The translations under genes were made by a program, and so were the position numbers. From Candidatus Gastranaerophilales bacterium (lineage in GTDB: Bacteria; Cyanobacteriota; Vampirovibrionia; Gastranaerophilales; Gastranaerophilaceae): 64,000 nucleotides of DNA. Below are positions 36,475 through 47,396 of this stretch, one piece after another; within the stretch, counting starts at the first letter, position 1; each line of letters begins with the position of its first letter. Where the stretch lies: positions 102,168-166,167 of the forward strand of contig CALUTD010000002.1 of the NCBI GenBank assembly GCA_944323625.1. The letters are read 5' to 3'. A model generated the notes under the pieces. The model saw nothing but the letters and a program-made list of their open reading frames with translations, made no database searches and was not told where the DNA came from.

Positions 36475-37794
36475 ATGAGACTTAGTTTAACAGAAATTAT
36501 AAAAGCTTCAGAAGCGGAAATTATTAAAGAAATCGGTAATAACACTGATTTTGGATTCTCGTCCGATACAAGAACAATAAAAGAAGATGAACTGTATATT
36601 CCTTTAAAAGGTGAAAATTTTGACGGTGAAAATTTTATAGAAAAAGCCATTGAACAGGGAGCTGCAGGGTATTTTACATCAGATAAAAATAAAGTGTTGG
36701 AATCTGCAAAAGTTGTTTTGTATACGGAAGATACAAAAGAAACTTATTTAAAACTCGCCAATTTTTATAAAAATAAAATCAATCCGTATACTATTGCTAT
36801 AACAGGAAGCAGCGGTAAAACAACCGTAAAAGAAATGATGTATTCCGTTTTTAAAAATGCCGGTAATACAGTAAAATCAATATTAAATCACAATAATGAA
36901 ATAGGTTTATGTCAAACTCTTTCATCTCTTGAAAAGTCAAGCCGTTATTTAATTGTTGAGATGGGTATGCGCGCAATGGGAGAAATTGAGCTTTTATCAA
37001 AATATACACAGCCCGATATTGCAGTTATAGTTAATTCGGGAAGTGCGCATATAGGCAGATTAGGCTCATTATTAAATATTGCAAAGGCTAAATTTGAAAT
37101 TGCCAAATATATAAAACCAAATGGCATACTTATCTCTCACGATAATCCTTTAATCAGACAAATAAATGATAACAGGCATGAAACGATATATTTTAGTCTT
37201 AATGATAAAAATTTAAATATTATAGAGATGACACTGGATAAATCTGTTTTTGAGTATAAGGGTTATAAATATACACTAAATAGCGCAGGAGAACACAATA
37301 TACAAAATGCACTAGCAGTTATAGAAACAGGACTTTATGCTAACCTTGAGCCTGAAATTATATCAAAAGGTCTAAAGGAGTTTAAACCGATTGAAAAAAG
37401 ATGGGATATTCAGGATATAAAAGGGTTTAAAATCATAAATGACAGTTACAATTCGAACCCCGAATCCGTAAAAGCCGCAATCAAAACTTTCCTGGAATTT
37501 ACTCCGAATCCAAAAGTTATAATACTTGGTGATATGGGAGAACTTGGCAAAGATGAAAAAGAGTATCATATTAAAATCGGTGAGTTTTTAGATTCTTTTG
37601 AATGTGATTATGTTTTAACTTTGGGAGAACTGGCAAAAAATATTAATCCACAAAAGATAAAAACCGTCCATTTTGATACAATAAATGAAATTGCAGAATT
37701 TATAAAAAATAAATTAACTCCGGGGGCAAATATTTTATTAAAGGCATCTAGGTTTATGAAGTTTGAAGAGATTATTGAGGAGCTAAAAAAATAA
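36475..37794 (+). CDS. murF: UDP-MurNAc-tripeptide--D-Ala-D-Ala ligase
   Basis: ITGSSGKTTVKEMM in a dcw context. The start is ATG 36475; the track uses TTG 36436. Confidence 0.85.
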   Translation: MRLSLTEIIKASEAEIIKEIGNNTDFGFSSDTRTIKEDELYIPLKGENFDGENFIEKAIEQGAAGYFTSDKNKVLESAKVVLYTEDTKETYLKLANFYKNKINPYTIAITGSSGKTTVKEMMYSVFKNAGNTVKSILNHNNEIGLCQTLSSLEKSSRYLIVEMGMRAMGEIELLSKYTQPDIAVIVNSGSAHIGRLGSLLNIAKAKFEIAKYIKPNGILISHDNPLIRQINDNRHETIYFSLNDKNLNIIEMTLDKSVFEYKGYKYTLNSAGEHNIQNALAVIETGLYANLEPEIISKGLKEFKPIEKRWDIQDIKGFKIINDSYNSNPESVKAAIKTFLEFTPNPKVIILGDMGELGKDEKEYHIKIGEFLDSFECDYVLTLGELAKNINPQKIKTVHFDTINEIAEFIKNKLTPGANILLKASRFMKFEEIIEELKK

Positions 37795-38768
37795 TGGATT
37801 TTAATATACTGATAGTTGTATCAATGCTTGTAGCGTTTGTACTTGCGTTATTATCGGGAGTTGTATATATAGACTTTTTAAAAAAGAAAATGTATACCCA
37901 ATATATACTGGAAGATGTACCTGAAAATCATGCAAAAAAAGCCGGAACTCCTACAACAGGAGGTGTATTTATTGTCTTTTCGACGGTAATTGCATCCCTT
38001 GCTGTTTTAACTATGAACCAGGGGATTACTCCCGTACCGTTAATTGTGTTAATGAGTTTTGTATTCTTTATGCTTGCCGGATTAACAGATGATTTAGGAA
38101 AAATTAAACATAAAGAAAATAAGGCAGGTTTAACACCAAGAAATAAATTGTTTTTGCAGTTTGCCATATCAATACTGCCGGCTGTTTATATGACTATAAC
38201 GGGGCAGACTTATTTAGGATTTGGCCCTTACAACATAGATATACACTATCTATATCCTGTATTTGCCATTTTGTTTATTGCGGGAGTATCAAATGCGGTA
38301 AATTTAACTGACGGCTTAGACGGACTTGCTTCATCAAATACTGCTGTTGCTATGATTATATGCAGTATAATATGCGCAATAACAGGACAAAATAATCTTG
38401 CAATTATTACCGCTGCTGCAGCAGGGGCTTGTATTGGTTTTTTGTATTTTAATAAATATCCGGCAAAAGTATTTATGGGGGATACCGGCTCTCTTGCACT
38501 TGGCGGATTACTGGGCTGCATAGCGGTTATGGGAAAGTTTGAACTTTGGATTTTATTTGTCGGGATTGTATTTTTTCTTGAAACACTTTCCGTTATAATT
38601 CAGGTTACGAGCTTTAAATTGACAGGAAAAAGAGTTTTCAAAATGAGCCCTATTCATCATCATTTTGAACTTTGCGGTTGGAGTGAAAATAAAATCGTAT
38701 TGGTTTTCTCCTGCGTAAGTTTGTTATTCGGGCTTTTTGCCGTAGTTTTATTTAATATATTTTGGTAG
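37794..38768 (+). CDS. mraY: Phospho-MurNAc-pentapeptide translocase
   Basis: NAVNLTDGLDGLA and MGDTGSLALGG motifs. Confidence 0.92.
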   Translation: MDFNILIVVSMLVAFVLALLSGVVYIDFLKKKMYTQYILEDVPENHAKKAGTPTTGGVFIVFSTVIASLAVLTMNQGITPVPLIVLMSFVFFMLAGLTDDLGKIKHKENKAGLTPRNKLFLQFAISILPAVYMTITGQTYLGFGPYNIDIHYLYPVFAILFIAGVSNAVNLTDGLDGLASSNTAVAMIICSIICAITGQNNLAIITAAAAGACIGFLYFNKYPAKVFMGDTGSLALGGLLGCIAVMGKFELWILFVGIVFFLETLSVIIQVTSFKLTGKRVFKMSPIHHHFELCGWSENKIVLVFSCVSLLFGLFAVVLFNIFW

Positions 38769-38777
38769 GATTTTATT

Positions 38778-40127
38778 ATGAAAAGAAAATGGATAGATAA
38801 AAAAGTTTTAATCTTAGGGCTTTCAAAAAGCGGATGTGCAGCTGCCAGGTATCTTTCAAAACAAGGTGCCGATTGCTATATAACAGAGTCAAAACCTCTT
38901 GATGATAAAAATGAAGAACTGGTTAGAGAGCTTGAAAAAGAAGGAATAAAAGTAGAAACCGGCGCTCATTCCGATGAGTTTATTAATGATTCTTATATTG
39001 CAATAACAAGCCCGGGGATACCGCCTAAAAGCGAAATATTTAAAAGAGTCAAGGCACAAAATATTCCTATAATCAGTGAAATAGAACTTGCATACCTTGA
39101 AGCTCAAGCACCTTTTATAGCTGTTACCGGAACTAACGGTAAAACAACCACTACTTATTTAATTTCACATATACTCTCAAGTGAATATAATGCCCCGGTA
39201 TGCGGGAATATAGGCATTCCTCCCACTTCATTATTGGAAGATAAACCCGATTTCTTTGTATGTGAGGCAAGTTCATTTCAGCTTGCAATGTCGCCGACAT
39301 TCAGACCTCAAATAGGATGTTTCCTGACATTTACACCTGACCATATTGACTGGCATGAAGGACTTGATAACTACTTTGAAGCTAAAATAAGTCTATTCAA
39401 AGATTATAAACAGCCTATGTATGCAGTATTTAGCGGTGTTGATGAAAAAATTTATGATTTTGCAAAAAAATATACAGGCGAAAAATTTATCTATGCAAAA
39501 GAACTCGACAAAAATTGCTGTTACATAAAAAATGATACAATATGTTTTAAGAGAAATAAAGAAGAAGAAATTATTAAATTAAACGAGATTTCACTTGTCG
39601 GAGAACATAATTATCAAAATATAATGTGCGCTGTTGTTGTTGCCAAATTGATAGGTATATCAAATGAACATATAAAAGAAAGAATAATGTCTTTTAAGGC
39701 TGTAGAGCACAGAATTGAGTATGTTGCGGACATAAACGGAAAATCTTTTTATAATGATTCAAAAGCAACAAACCCCGAAGCATCATTTGTTGCCATTAAG
39801 GCATTTGAAGGTAAAAAACTTACCCTTATTGCGGGAGGACGTGATAAAAATACCGATTTGACCGAATTTTGCAAAGATTATATAAATAAATATGTTTCAA
39901 CTGTTATATTAATAGGTGAAGCTACTATTCGATTTAAAGAAAATATGGAAAAAAATGGGTTTGATAATATAATATTGGCAAACTCATTGGAGGAGGCAGT
40001 TGATATTTCATTGACTCTTGATAATGAAATAGTTCTTCTTTCGCCGGCATGTGCAAGTTACGATATGTTTAACAGTTATGAACACAGAGGAGAAGTGTTT
40101 AAAGAATATGTCAAATCCAAGTTATAA
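38778..40127 (+). CDS. murD: UDP-MurNAc-L-Ala--D-Glu ligase
   Basis: VTGTNGKTTTTYL and an N-terminal GLSKSG Rossmann region. Confidence 0.88.
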   Translation: MKRKWIDKKVLILGLSKSGCAAARYLSKQGADCYITESKPLDDKNEELVRELEKEGIKVETGAHSDEFINDSYIAITSPGIPPKSEIFKRVKAQNIPIISEIELAYLEAQAPFIAVTGTNGKTTTTYLISHILSSEYNAPVCGNIGIPPTSLLEDKPDFFVCEASSFQLAMSPTFRPQIGCFLTFTPDHIDWHEGLDNYFEAKISLFKDYKQPMYAVFSGVDEKIYDFAKKYTGEKFIYAKELDKNCCYIKNDTICFKRNKEEEIIKLNEISLVGEHNYQNIMCAVVVAKLIGISNEHIKERIMSFKAVEHRIEYVADINGKSFYNDSKATNPEASFVAIKAFEGKKLTLIAGGRDKNTDLTEFCKDYINKYVSTVILIGEATIRFKENMEKNGFDNIILANSLEEAVDISLTLDNEIVLLSPACASYDMFNSYEHRGEVFKEYVKSKL

Positions 40128-41247
40128 TATCCAAAATAATAATGAACAAAAAACGGTAATGTTGTCATCGTATGATTCAACACTGGTTTTTATTGTCATT
40201 TTTTTGATTATAGCAGGTCTTTTGGCAATATTTTCCGCCGGAGCACCAAAATGTATAATGCAGGGAGTATCTTCAACTTATTTTGTTGCAAGACAATTTA
40301 TATGGTTTATTTTGGGCTGCTTTGCAATGTTTTTTATAAGCCGTATTAATTATAAAGCTTTAAATAAATTGTCAATTCCGTTTGCATGGTTTATTATTTT
40401 GCTTTTAATTGCGGTGCATTTTGCAGGAACAACGGTAAATGGCGCAACAAGATGGCTTACTTTAGGTCCTATACAGTTTCAACCGTCAGAGGCTTCAAAA
40501 CTGGCAGTTATTATGCTTCTTGCAAGCGCATTTTCAAAAGATATAAATTTATTTAATCCTAAATTATACAAGTATTTTATCCCTATAATTATAATGATTT
40601 TATTAATATTTAAACAGCCCAATTTAAGTATGGTATTGATTTTGTTATCTTCGTCGGCTGCAATATATTTTGCAGCAGGCGGGTCAATAAAATTAATAAT
40701 AAGCGCTATATGTATGGGGGTATTTGGTTTAAGTTTTGTTATACATTCGTTTCAAAAACAAAGAATATTGATATGGCTTGACCCTGAATCAGACCCATAC
40801 GGAGCCGGATATAATATTATACAAGCAATGCTGGCATTTGTTGCAGGCGGTTTTTTCGGTGAAGGTTACGGAAATTCAAGACAAAAACTCGGCTGGCTGC
40901 CAGAAGGACATACAGATTTTATTTTTGCCGTGTTTGCGGAAGAATTTGGATTTTTAGGCTGCATTTTGATTATAGGATTGTTTTTGGCATTTCTGCAAAG
41001 AGGGCTTTTGGTTTCCGCAAAATGCGAGGATTTATTCGGCAAACTACTTGCTGCAGGTATTACAATTTCAATATGTCTGCAGGCATTTATAAATATGTCT
41101 GTAGCGAGTTCAATGCTCCCGGCAACCGGTGTCCCGCTTCCTTTTATAAGTTATGGAGGTACCTCTTTATTTATAACAATGTGCATGATAGGCGTTTTAC
41201 TCAATATTTCAAAAAAAAGAATAAGAAGGTTCCCTAATGTCAGATAA
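40108..41247 (+). CDS. ftsW: SEDS-family peptidoglycan glycosyltransferase FtsW/SpoVE
   Basis: LPEGHTDFIFAV and PFISYGGTS motifs. ATG 40108 overlaps the murD end. Confidence 0.88.
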   Translation: MSNPSYNIQNNNEQKTVMLSSYDSTLVFIVIFLIIAGLLAIFSAGAPKCIMQGVSSTYFVARQFIWFILGCFAMFFISRINYKALNKLSIPFAWFIILLLIAVHFAGTTVNGATRWLTLGPIQFQPSEASKLAVIMLLASAFSKDINLFNPKLYKYFIPIIIMILLIFKQPNLSMVLILLSSSAAIYFAAGGSIKLIISAICMGVFGLSFVIHSFQKQRILIWLDPESDPYGAGYNIIQAMLAFVAGGFFGEGYGNSRQKLGWLPEGHTDFIFAVFAEEFGFLGCILIIGLFLAFLQRGLLVSAKCEDLFGKLLAAGITISICLQAFINMSVASSMLPATGVPLPFISYGGTSLFITMCMIGVLLNISKKRIRRFPNVR

Positions 41248-42352
41248 AAAAATATATTTTATAACCGGCGGAGGCACGGGAGGACATATCTATCCCGCTT
41301 TTACCGTTGTTGAAAAACTTTTAAAACAGGATGATACGGAAAAAATATATTATATCGGGAATCCGAAAAATTTGGAATATGATATATCTAAACAGTATCC
41401 CGATGTTCAGTTTTTACCGGTAAATGTATCGGGAATGCCAAGAAAATTGAGTTTTAGTTTCTTTAAATGGAGCTTTCAAATCGTATTGGCAATAATAAAA
41501 ACGATATTTTATATGAAAAAGTATAAACCAAATGCGGTTTTTGCAACAGGCGGTTATGTTTCAGCCCCGCTAGTAATTGCTTCTCAAATATTAAAACATC
41601 CTTATATGATTCATGATTGTGATTCCGTTCCCGGGATAGTTTCTAAAATTTCGGCTCCAAAGGCTCAAGTTGTTTCAGTTGCTTTTGAAGCTTCAAAAAA
41701 TGTTTTAAAATCAAATAATATAATTTGTAACGGAAATCCGGTCAGAGAGGCATTTTTTATTGTTACAAAGCATGAGTCGAAAAATAAATTGAATATCCCC
41801 TATGACAAAAAAGTAATATTTGCGACTGGAGGTTCACAAGGCGCAAAAACTATTAATGATTCAATGATAAAATTATTAAAACCCCTTAGCGAAGATATGA
41901 ACTATTTTGTTATACTTCAAACCGGCAAAAAGAATTATGAAAATGTTATAAATGAGCTTGAAAATATATATCCGGATTTTAAGAGCAATAAAAATTTACT
42001 GATAAAACCGTATTTTGATGAATCGGTATACCCTATGAAAGCGGCAGATATAGTTATATCGCGCGCGGGTTCGGTAAGTTTAAGCGAAATTATTCAGTGC
42101 GCTTCTGTATCTGTTTTAATTCCGTATCCTTATGCAGCGCAGGACCATCAAAGAAAAAATGCAAAAGAAATGTGTGAAAAAGGTGTATCATTATATTTAG
42201 AGGACTCTGAATGTAATAATATAACTCTTATGGAAAAAATTAAAGAACTTACTCCTGATAAACTACTTGAAATGAGTAAGAAAACAAAATTAATGTCAAA
42301 ATCAAATCCTACGGAAGAAATAGTTAATCAACTAAAAAGTACAATAAAATGA
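41237..42352 (+). CDS. murG: UDP-GlcNAc:lipid I GlcNAc transferase
   Basis: GGGTGGHIYPA and a C-terminal SRAGSVSLSE motif. Confidence 0.88.
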   Translation: MSDKKIYFITGGGTGGHIYPAFTVVEKLLKQDDTEKIYYIGNPKNLEYDISKQYPDVQFLPVNVSGMPRKLSFSFFKWSFQIVLAIIKTIFYMKKYKPNAVFATGGYVSAPLVIASQILKHPYMIHDCDSVPGIVSKISAPKAQVVSVAFEASKNVLKSNNIICNGNPVREAFFIVTKHESKNKLNIPYDKKVIFATGGSQGAKTINDSMIKLLKPLSEDMNYFVILQTGKKNYENVINELENIYPDFKSNKNLLIKPYFDESVYPMKAADIVISRAGSVSLSEIIQCASVSVLIPYPYAAQDHQRKNAKEMCEKGVSLYLEDSECNNITLMEKIKELTPDKLLEMSKKTKLMSKSNPTEEIVNQLKSTIK

Positions 42353-43581
42353 TTTCAACATACCAAGATATAACTAAAATACTAACATCACAGGGAAAAT
42401 TTTGTATAAAGCCGGGACTTGAAAGAGTCGGGGCTGTATTAGATCTCCTGGGCAACCCTCAGGATAAAACTGCTATAATACATGTTGCAGGTACAAACGG
42501 TAAGGGGTCTGTTTCATCTGTACTGGCAAATATATTAAAATGTGCAGGCTATAAAACAGGATTATATACAAGCCCTCATTTGACAGAATATACGGAAAGA
42601 ATAAAAATAAATAATATTGATATCTCAAAAAATGATTTTTCAAAATATATAAGTGGTATTTGCTCGCTTGCCGATAAAAATCATATAGATTTAACCGAGT
42701 TTGAAATTCTTACGGCAGCGGCTTATAAATATTTTTACGATAACAAAGTTGATATTGCAGTAATCGAAACAGGACTTGGCGGCAGATTTGATGCAACAAA
42801 TGTAATAAAAAATCCTGTTTTGTCAATTATAACATCTATTTCGCTTGACCATACAGACAGACTCGGCAATACTTATGATGAAATAGCATACGAAAAGAGC
42901 GGAATTATAAAACCTAATACCCCTGTTATTACAGCAAAATACAATAATGGTTTTAACGTAATAAAATCGGAAGCCTTTAAAAAACATTCAAAACTAATTT
43001 ATGAACAATCAGGAATTAAACTTTTGTTTGAAAACGGACGAAATTACACACTTTACAACGAAAAGGAATATGAATTTCCGCTTTTGGGGCTTTATCAAAA
43101 AAAGAATCTTGAACTTGTTTTAAGTGCCGTAAATTATTTAAAGGAAACAGGATATAAAATTTATGAATGTGATATTGAAAAAGGTTTGAAAACCGTTAAA
43201 TGGGGGGCAAGGCTTGAATATATACCCGATAAAAATATTATTATAGACGGAGCTCATAACCCTGATGCTGCACTTGAACTAAAGAAAAGTCTTGATTATT
43301 ATTTTAAAAATCAAAAAAGAATCTTTATATATTCAACCTTAAATACAAAAGATTATAAAAAAATCTCAGAAATATTATTTAATAAGAATGATGAAATTTA
43401 CTTTTTTGAGTTTAATCATAAAAACGCTGTTAGTTTTAATGAATATAAAAAAATAGTTCCAAACATTAAACCATTTAACAAAGAAAAATTAAACGAAATT
43501 TTAGATAAAGACGGTTTAAAAATAATAACAGGCAGCCTTTATATGATTGGTGAATTGTATGTAAAACTCTGCACAAAATAA
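42349..43581 (+). CDS. folC: Folylpolyglutamate synthase/dihydrofolate synthase
   Basis: IHVAGTNGKGSV and YTSPHLTEYTERIKINN. Confidence 0.8.
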   Translation: MISTYQDITKILTSQGKFCIKPGLERVGAVLDLLGNPQDKTAIIHVAGTNGKGSVSSVLANILKCAGYKTGLYTSPHLTEYTERIKINNIDISKNDFSKYISGICSLADKNHIDLTEFEILTAAAYKYFYDNKVDIAVIETGLGGRFDATNVIKNPVLSIITSISLDHTDRLGNTYDEIAYEKSGIIKPNTPVITAKYNNGFNVIKSEAFKKHSKLIYEQSGIKLLFENGRNYTLYNEKEYEFPLLGLYQKKNLELVLSAVNYLKETGYKIYECDIEKGLKTVKWGARLEYIPDKNIIIDGAHNPDAALELKKSLDYYFKNQKRIFIYSTLNTKDYKKISEILFNKNDEIYFFEFNHKNAVSFNEYKKIVPNIKPFNKEKLNEILDKDGLKIITGSLYMIGELYVKLCTK

Positions 43582-43592
43582 ATAGATATAAA

Positions 43593-43632
43593 TATGCCGG
43601 GATTAATAAAGCCCGGCATAAATTTATTTTTA
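43593..43632. terminator. Hairpin between convergent genes (bidirectional terminator candidate)
   Basis: 9-bp stem tatgccggg/cccggcata (43593-43601 and 43612-43620) with T-rich flanks. Confidence 0.55.
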
Positions 43633-43644
43633 ATATACTGCATA

Positions 43645-44832
43645 CTAATCCGTATTATAAAATCTATAGGCATTAAACCCGGCTTTTACCGCATCAAAGA
43701 ATGAAGCATCTTTGTCAAAAATCTCTTCATCAATGACAAATTCAGCCAAAAGTTTATTTGTATTTGCACTATAAATTTTAGTTTTTGGCAATTCCGAATT
43801 TTTTGAAAAAGTTTTAAAGTCTTTAGGATTCGTTTCTTTATATTTTTTTGTTTTTTCGCTTGCCGCAATACCGGCAGCTAAATCGATTAAATTTTTCTTT
43901 TGACTAAAAGAACTGCTTTCCCAATCCGAATCTAAAATATAAAATGCATTTTCATTTTCATTTATTTCATAACTTTGAAAGTATATAGAAGCATATTTTG
44001 ACGTTAAATCTTCTATTTTTGAAACTAAACTTTCCGCTTTTTCAGGGTTTTCTTTAATTGTTGTATTTATATGCGAAATTAAAGCAAAAACAAGACCGAA
44101 TAACAATATAAAATATACTAACGGAATAATAATAAAATAAAATATTAACCAAAATAAAGCTTGATTTTCCTGAGATTTATTAAATTTTTTAACATCTGTC
44201 CATTTCTTATTTTTATATGCCCATTCATTACCTTTAAGACCGCATATTAATTGAAAATAAAATCCCCAAGGAGTAAAAAATATCAATATATACCATAAAG
44301 GAATATAAGATTTATTAAATAAACCCCATAGCCAAGTTCCGAAAAAAGCACCCCAGTTAAATTCCTTTGTAAAATCATAAGGCAGCTTAGATGTTATTTT
44401 TCCACTTTTAAATAAAAGAATAAAATACATAATCATTGCTGCAAAAGAAATTAAAAAAGCATATCCTAAAGGCATTAAAATACTAAAATAAGCTAATACC
44501 CAAATTGCCGAGCAAAATATATTTACACCTGAATTAACAGATCCGTTTATATCGTTTAAACGTTTTATGATATTGGATACAAAAAGCACACATATTCCTG
44601 CAGTTCCTAAAAGGACCCAAACCTGAAGCAAAACAGGTGCAGCAAAAAAATATTTTCCATAATCAAAATATTCCGTCAATGTTTGCATTTTGGTCATAAA
44701 CCAAGTCATATAAGGCAGTATAAAAAACATATATATTGAAACAATGTATATACTGTTAAGAAAAAAATCTCTTCTTCCAATTATTCCGCCAAATTCAAAT
44801 AATTTAGGATTCAACCTCAATTTATCATTCAT
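43645..44832 (-). CDS. Polytopic membrane protein (DUF805-like N-terminus + NWGAF...GNEWAYKN module + soluble C-terminus)
   Basis: GIIGRRDFFLNSIYI, then EFNWGAFFGTWLWGLFNKSYI...GLKGNEWAYKNKKW, a module shared with the next gene. Confidence 0.6.
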   Translation of the reverse strand: MNDKLRLNPKLFEFGGIIGRRDFFLNSIYIVSIYMFFILPYMTWFMTKMQTLTEYFDYGKYFFAAPVLLQVWVLLGTAGICVLFVSNIIKRLNDINGSVNSGVNIFCSAIWVLAYFSILMPLGYAFLISFAAMIMYFILLFKSGKITSKLPYDFTKEFNWGAFFGTWLWGLFNKSYIPLWYILIFFTPWGFYFQLICGLKGNEWAYKNKKWTDVKKFNKSQENQALFWLIFYFIIIPLVYFILLFGLVFALISHINTTIKENPEKAESLVSKIEDLTSKYASIYFQSYEINENENAFYILDSDWESSSFSQKKNLIDLAAGIAASEKTKKYKETNPKDFKTFSKNSELPKTKIYSANTNKLLAEFVIDEEIFDKDASFFDAVKAGFNAYRFYNTD

Positions 44833-44850
44833 TTTAAATTCTCTCCGCTA

Positions 44851-45297
44851 TTAATACATACTACCTTGAGGCATACCGGCACCTGACATTAATAAACCAA
44901 AAATAGCTATAAAATAAAATACAGAGAAAATTAAACCTATAATAAGTAATATAAGTCCGGCAATTACCCATTTTTTTTGATATTCATGAAATTGCCTTAC
45001 ACCTTCAAAATATTTATTTTGCCACGCCCATTCATTACCTTTTATACCAAACCAAATTAAAACACCTAAATTTACAAAAGGAATCCAGCAAAGAACCAAA
45101 TATAACAATGTTATATATGATTTATTACCGATACCCCATATCCAGGATAAAAGAAAAGCACCCCAGTTAAAATGGTTTTTTACAACGGCAGGTACATTAA
45201 CTCTGCTGCCTTTCCCTGAATTATTTACAAACTTTCTTTTCGGCGGGTTGCTATTTTTTGTAATCTCACATTTTGAGAACTATTTTCATCTGACATA
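44851..45297 (-). pseudogene. Frameshifted paralog of the NWGAF/GNEWAW membrane-protein module
   Basis: ATG 45297 (RBS AGGAGA) opens MSDENSSQNVRLQKIATRRKESL and then stops. The conserved NHFNWGAFLLSWIWGIGNKSYI...GIKGNEWAWQNK continues in another frame with no ATG. One extra A in the A6 run (about 45253-45258) would join the two. Confidence 0.6.
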
Positions 45298-45431
45298 ATA
45301 ATCTCCTATTATTGTAACTTTAAATATTATATAATTTTACAAATTTATTGAACTCATATAAAAAACTTATTTGCTTGTTAAAATAAGAAATTTTATGTAG
45401 AATAAAGTTATTGTTAAAGAGTGGAGGCAAG

Positions 45432-46253
45432 ATGGTTAATAAAGTTAAATTAAGAGATTTTGAAATAGGCGGTAAAAAATTAACAATTCTTGCTGGTCCA
45501 TGTGCTATAGAATCAAAAGATATTTTGTTTAAAACTGCAGAATATTTGAAAAAGCTCACAACTGAGCTTGATATAAATTATGTTTTTAAAGCTTCATACG
45601 ATAAAGCAAACAGAAGTTCAATAAACTCATATAGAGGGTTGGGAATTGAAAAGGGGCTTTCTCTGTTAGCGGAAGTAAAAAAAGAATTTGATGTTCCGAT
45701 AGTTACGGATATACATGAGTCTAATCAGGCGCAGATAGCATCAGAAGTTGCCGATATAATTCAAATACCTGCATTTTTGTGCAGACAAACGGATTTGCTT
45801 ATTGCTGCCGCAAAAACAAATAAGATAATAAATATAAAAAAAGGTCAGTTTTTGGCGCCTTCACAAATGAAGTCCATAGCTCAAAAAGTTATTGATTCAG
45901 GTAATAAACAGGTAACAATAACAGATAGAGGTGTATCTTTCGGATATAACAATCTAGTTTCTGATATGAGGGCAATTCCTATAATTCAAGAGATGGGTTA
46001 TCCCGTTATATTTGATGCTACACATTCCGTTCAACTGCCTGGCGGTTTTGGCGAAAGTTCATCTGGCGAAAGAAAATTTGTGCCTGTTCTTGCTAAAGCG
46101 GCAGTTGCTTCAGGTGCAAACGGGCTGTTTTTTGAAGTCCATCCTTCTCCTGATTGTGCTTTATGCGACGGAGCTAATATGATTAATTTTGAACAGGCTA
46201 AAAATATATTTAATATATGTAATGAAATTTTTAAACTCGTAAATAACGTTTAA
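45432..46253 (+). CDS. kdsA: 3-deoxy-8-phosphooctulonate synthase
   Basis: LAGPCAIES, FKASYDKANRSS and FDATHSVQ motifs. The start is ATG 45432, after GGAGG. Confidence 0.9.
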   Translation: MVNKVKLRDFEIGGKKLTILAGPCAIESKDILFKTAEYLKKLTTELDINYVFKASYDKANRSSINSYRGLGIEKGLSLLAEVKKEFDVPIVTDIHESNQAQIASEVADIIQIPAFLCRQTDLLIAAAKTNKIINIKKGQFLAPSQMKSIAQKVIDSGNKQVTITDRGVSFGYNNLVSDMRAIPIIQEMGYPVIFDATHSVQLPGGFGESSSGERKFVPVLAKAAVASGANGLFFEVHPSPDCALCDGANMINFEQAKNIFNICNEIFKLVNNV

Positions 46254-46334
46254 TAAAAATTCCAATACCGTTTAACTAATTATGAAAAATATACAGGTAT
46301 GATAAAAAAATTACATTTTGATTTAAAAACTAAA

Positions 46335-47396
46335 TTAATTTTCAAACTTAATTTCTTTTAGTCCGAATCCGTTTAAATCTATTTCAACATTCGTTGAATC
46401 AATTGATATAAGCATAGATTTTTCTTCATTATAATCAATACTCCAAGTTCCAAGGAATAAAGGATTATCTTTGGTAAAAGCGTAAGCATATACAATAAGC
46501 CTTTCGGGATTATTTTTATCCCATCCTATTGGGAAAATATCCCACATATAGTCTTTTAAATCAATTTGTTTGTTTTGGCGCCACCAGTATATAATAGCTT
46601 CACGCACCGCCAAAAGCCGCTTCCAACTTTTTGTTTTAAAATCATAAATTATAACATTGGTTTGCCAGGTTTCTTCTAAATTTGAACCTATTTTTTCTTT
46701 AAAAGCTATTTTGGTACTGTCTTTTGAAAAATCAATAGGGAATAACGTTTTAAACTGATATGTTTGAATTTCATCCATCCCTGTTTTAACAATAGATGTA
46801 GTATCACCTTCCATAACATTAGTCATATAAAGTGCATCATAAGCATCTTTATAACGTTTGTTGACAGGAATATAATAAGCTGATGAGGAAGTTTGTGATA
46901 ATTTAGGATAAAAAAAACATTTTGTGTAAACCATTTTGGTTTTATCGGGCGACAAAATTCCTGCGGATGAAACTGTTCTTTTGGAAACAATTTGAGACAG
47001 GTCAATATTTCTTTGTCCCGGCGGAGTATTATATCTTATTACTCTGTAATGAGAATCGGGGATTATAATATCATCTTCTGAAGTAAAAATAGGTTCAGGG
47101 ATTTCAAAATCTTTACGTTTTTTATCTGCCGCTGCTGTGTGATAATCTTCCATCGTTAGCGGAATATGTGATTTATCAATATTGTGATAATAAATTTTCT
47201 TTGTTTTTGGCAGATGAAGTTTTTCTCTTAATTTTTCATTGAGAGTCCTGGGGTCAGATTCTTTGACAGGTTCTTCAATTTTAGAAGAGTCTAAAACAGG
47301 CGAGTTTAAATATAAAGGGTCGGGAATATTTTCTTTTGATAAACAATTTATTCCTGAAATACAAAACAAAACCAGCAGTAAAAAGGTCTTTTTCAT
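46335..47396 (-). CDS. Lipoprotein/secreted hypothetical protein
   Basis: MKKTFLLLVLFCISGINC lipobox-like signal. It is the last gene of the HK-RR operon. Confidence 0.55.
   Translation of the reverse strand: MKKTFLLLVLFCISGINCLSKENIPDPLYLNSPVLDSSKIEEPVKESDPRTLNEKLREKLHLPKTKKIYYHNIDKSHIPLTMEDYHTAAADKKRKDFEIPEPIFTSEDDIIIPDSHYRVIRYNTPPGQRNIDLSQIVSKRTVSSAGILSPDKTKMVYTKCFFYPKLSQTSSSAYYIPVNKRYKDAYDALYMTNVMEGDTTSIVKTGMDEIQTYQFKTLFPIDFSKDSTKIAFKEKIGSNLEETWQTNVIIYDFKTKSWKRLLAVREAIIYWWRQNKQIDLKDYMWDIFPIGWDKNNPERLIVYAYAFTKDNPLFLGTWSIDYNEEKSMLISIDSTNVEIDLNGFGLKEIKFEN

Noticed and set aside
45240-45262. Programmed -1 ribosomal frameshift at the A6 run of the interrupted membrane-protein gene
   Set aside because: The zero-frame context CAA AAA ATA is not a canonical X_XXY_YYZ slippery heptamer. 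No downstream stimulatory hairpin is evident. Mutation or sequencing error is simpler.
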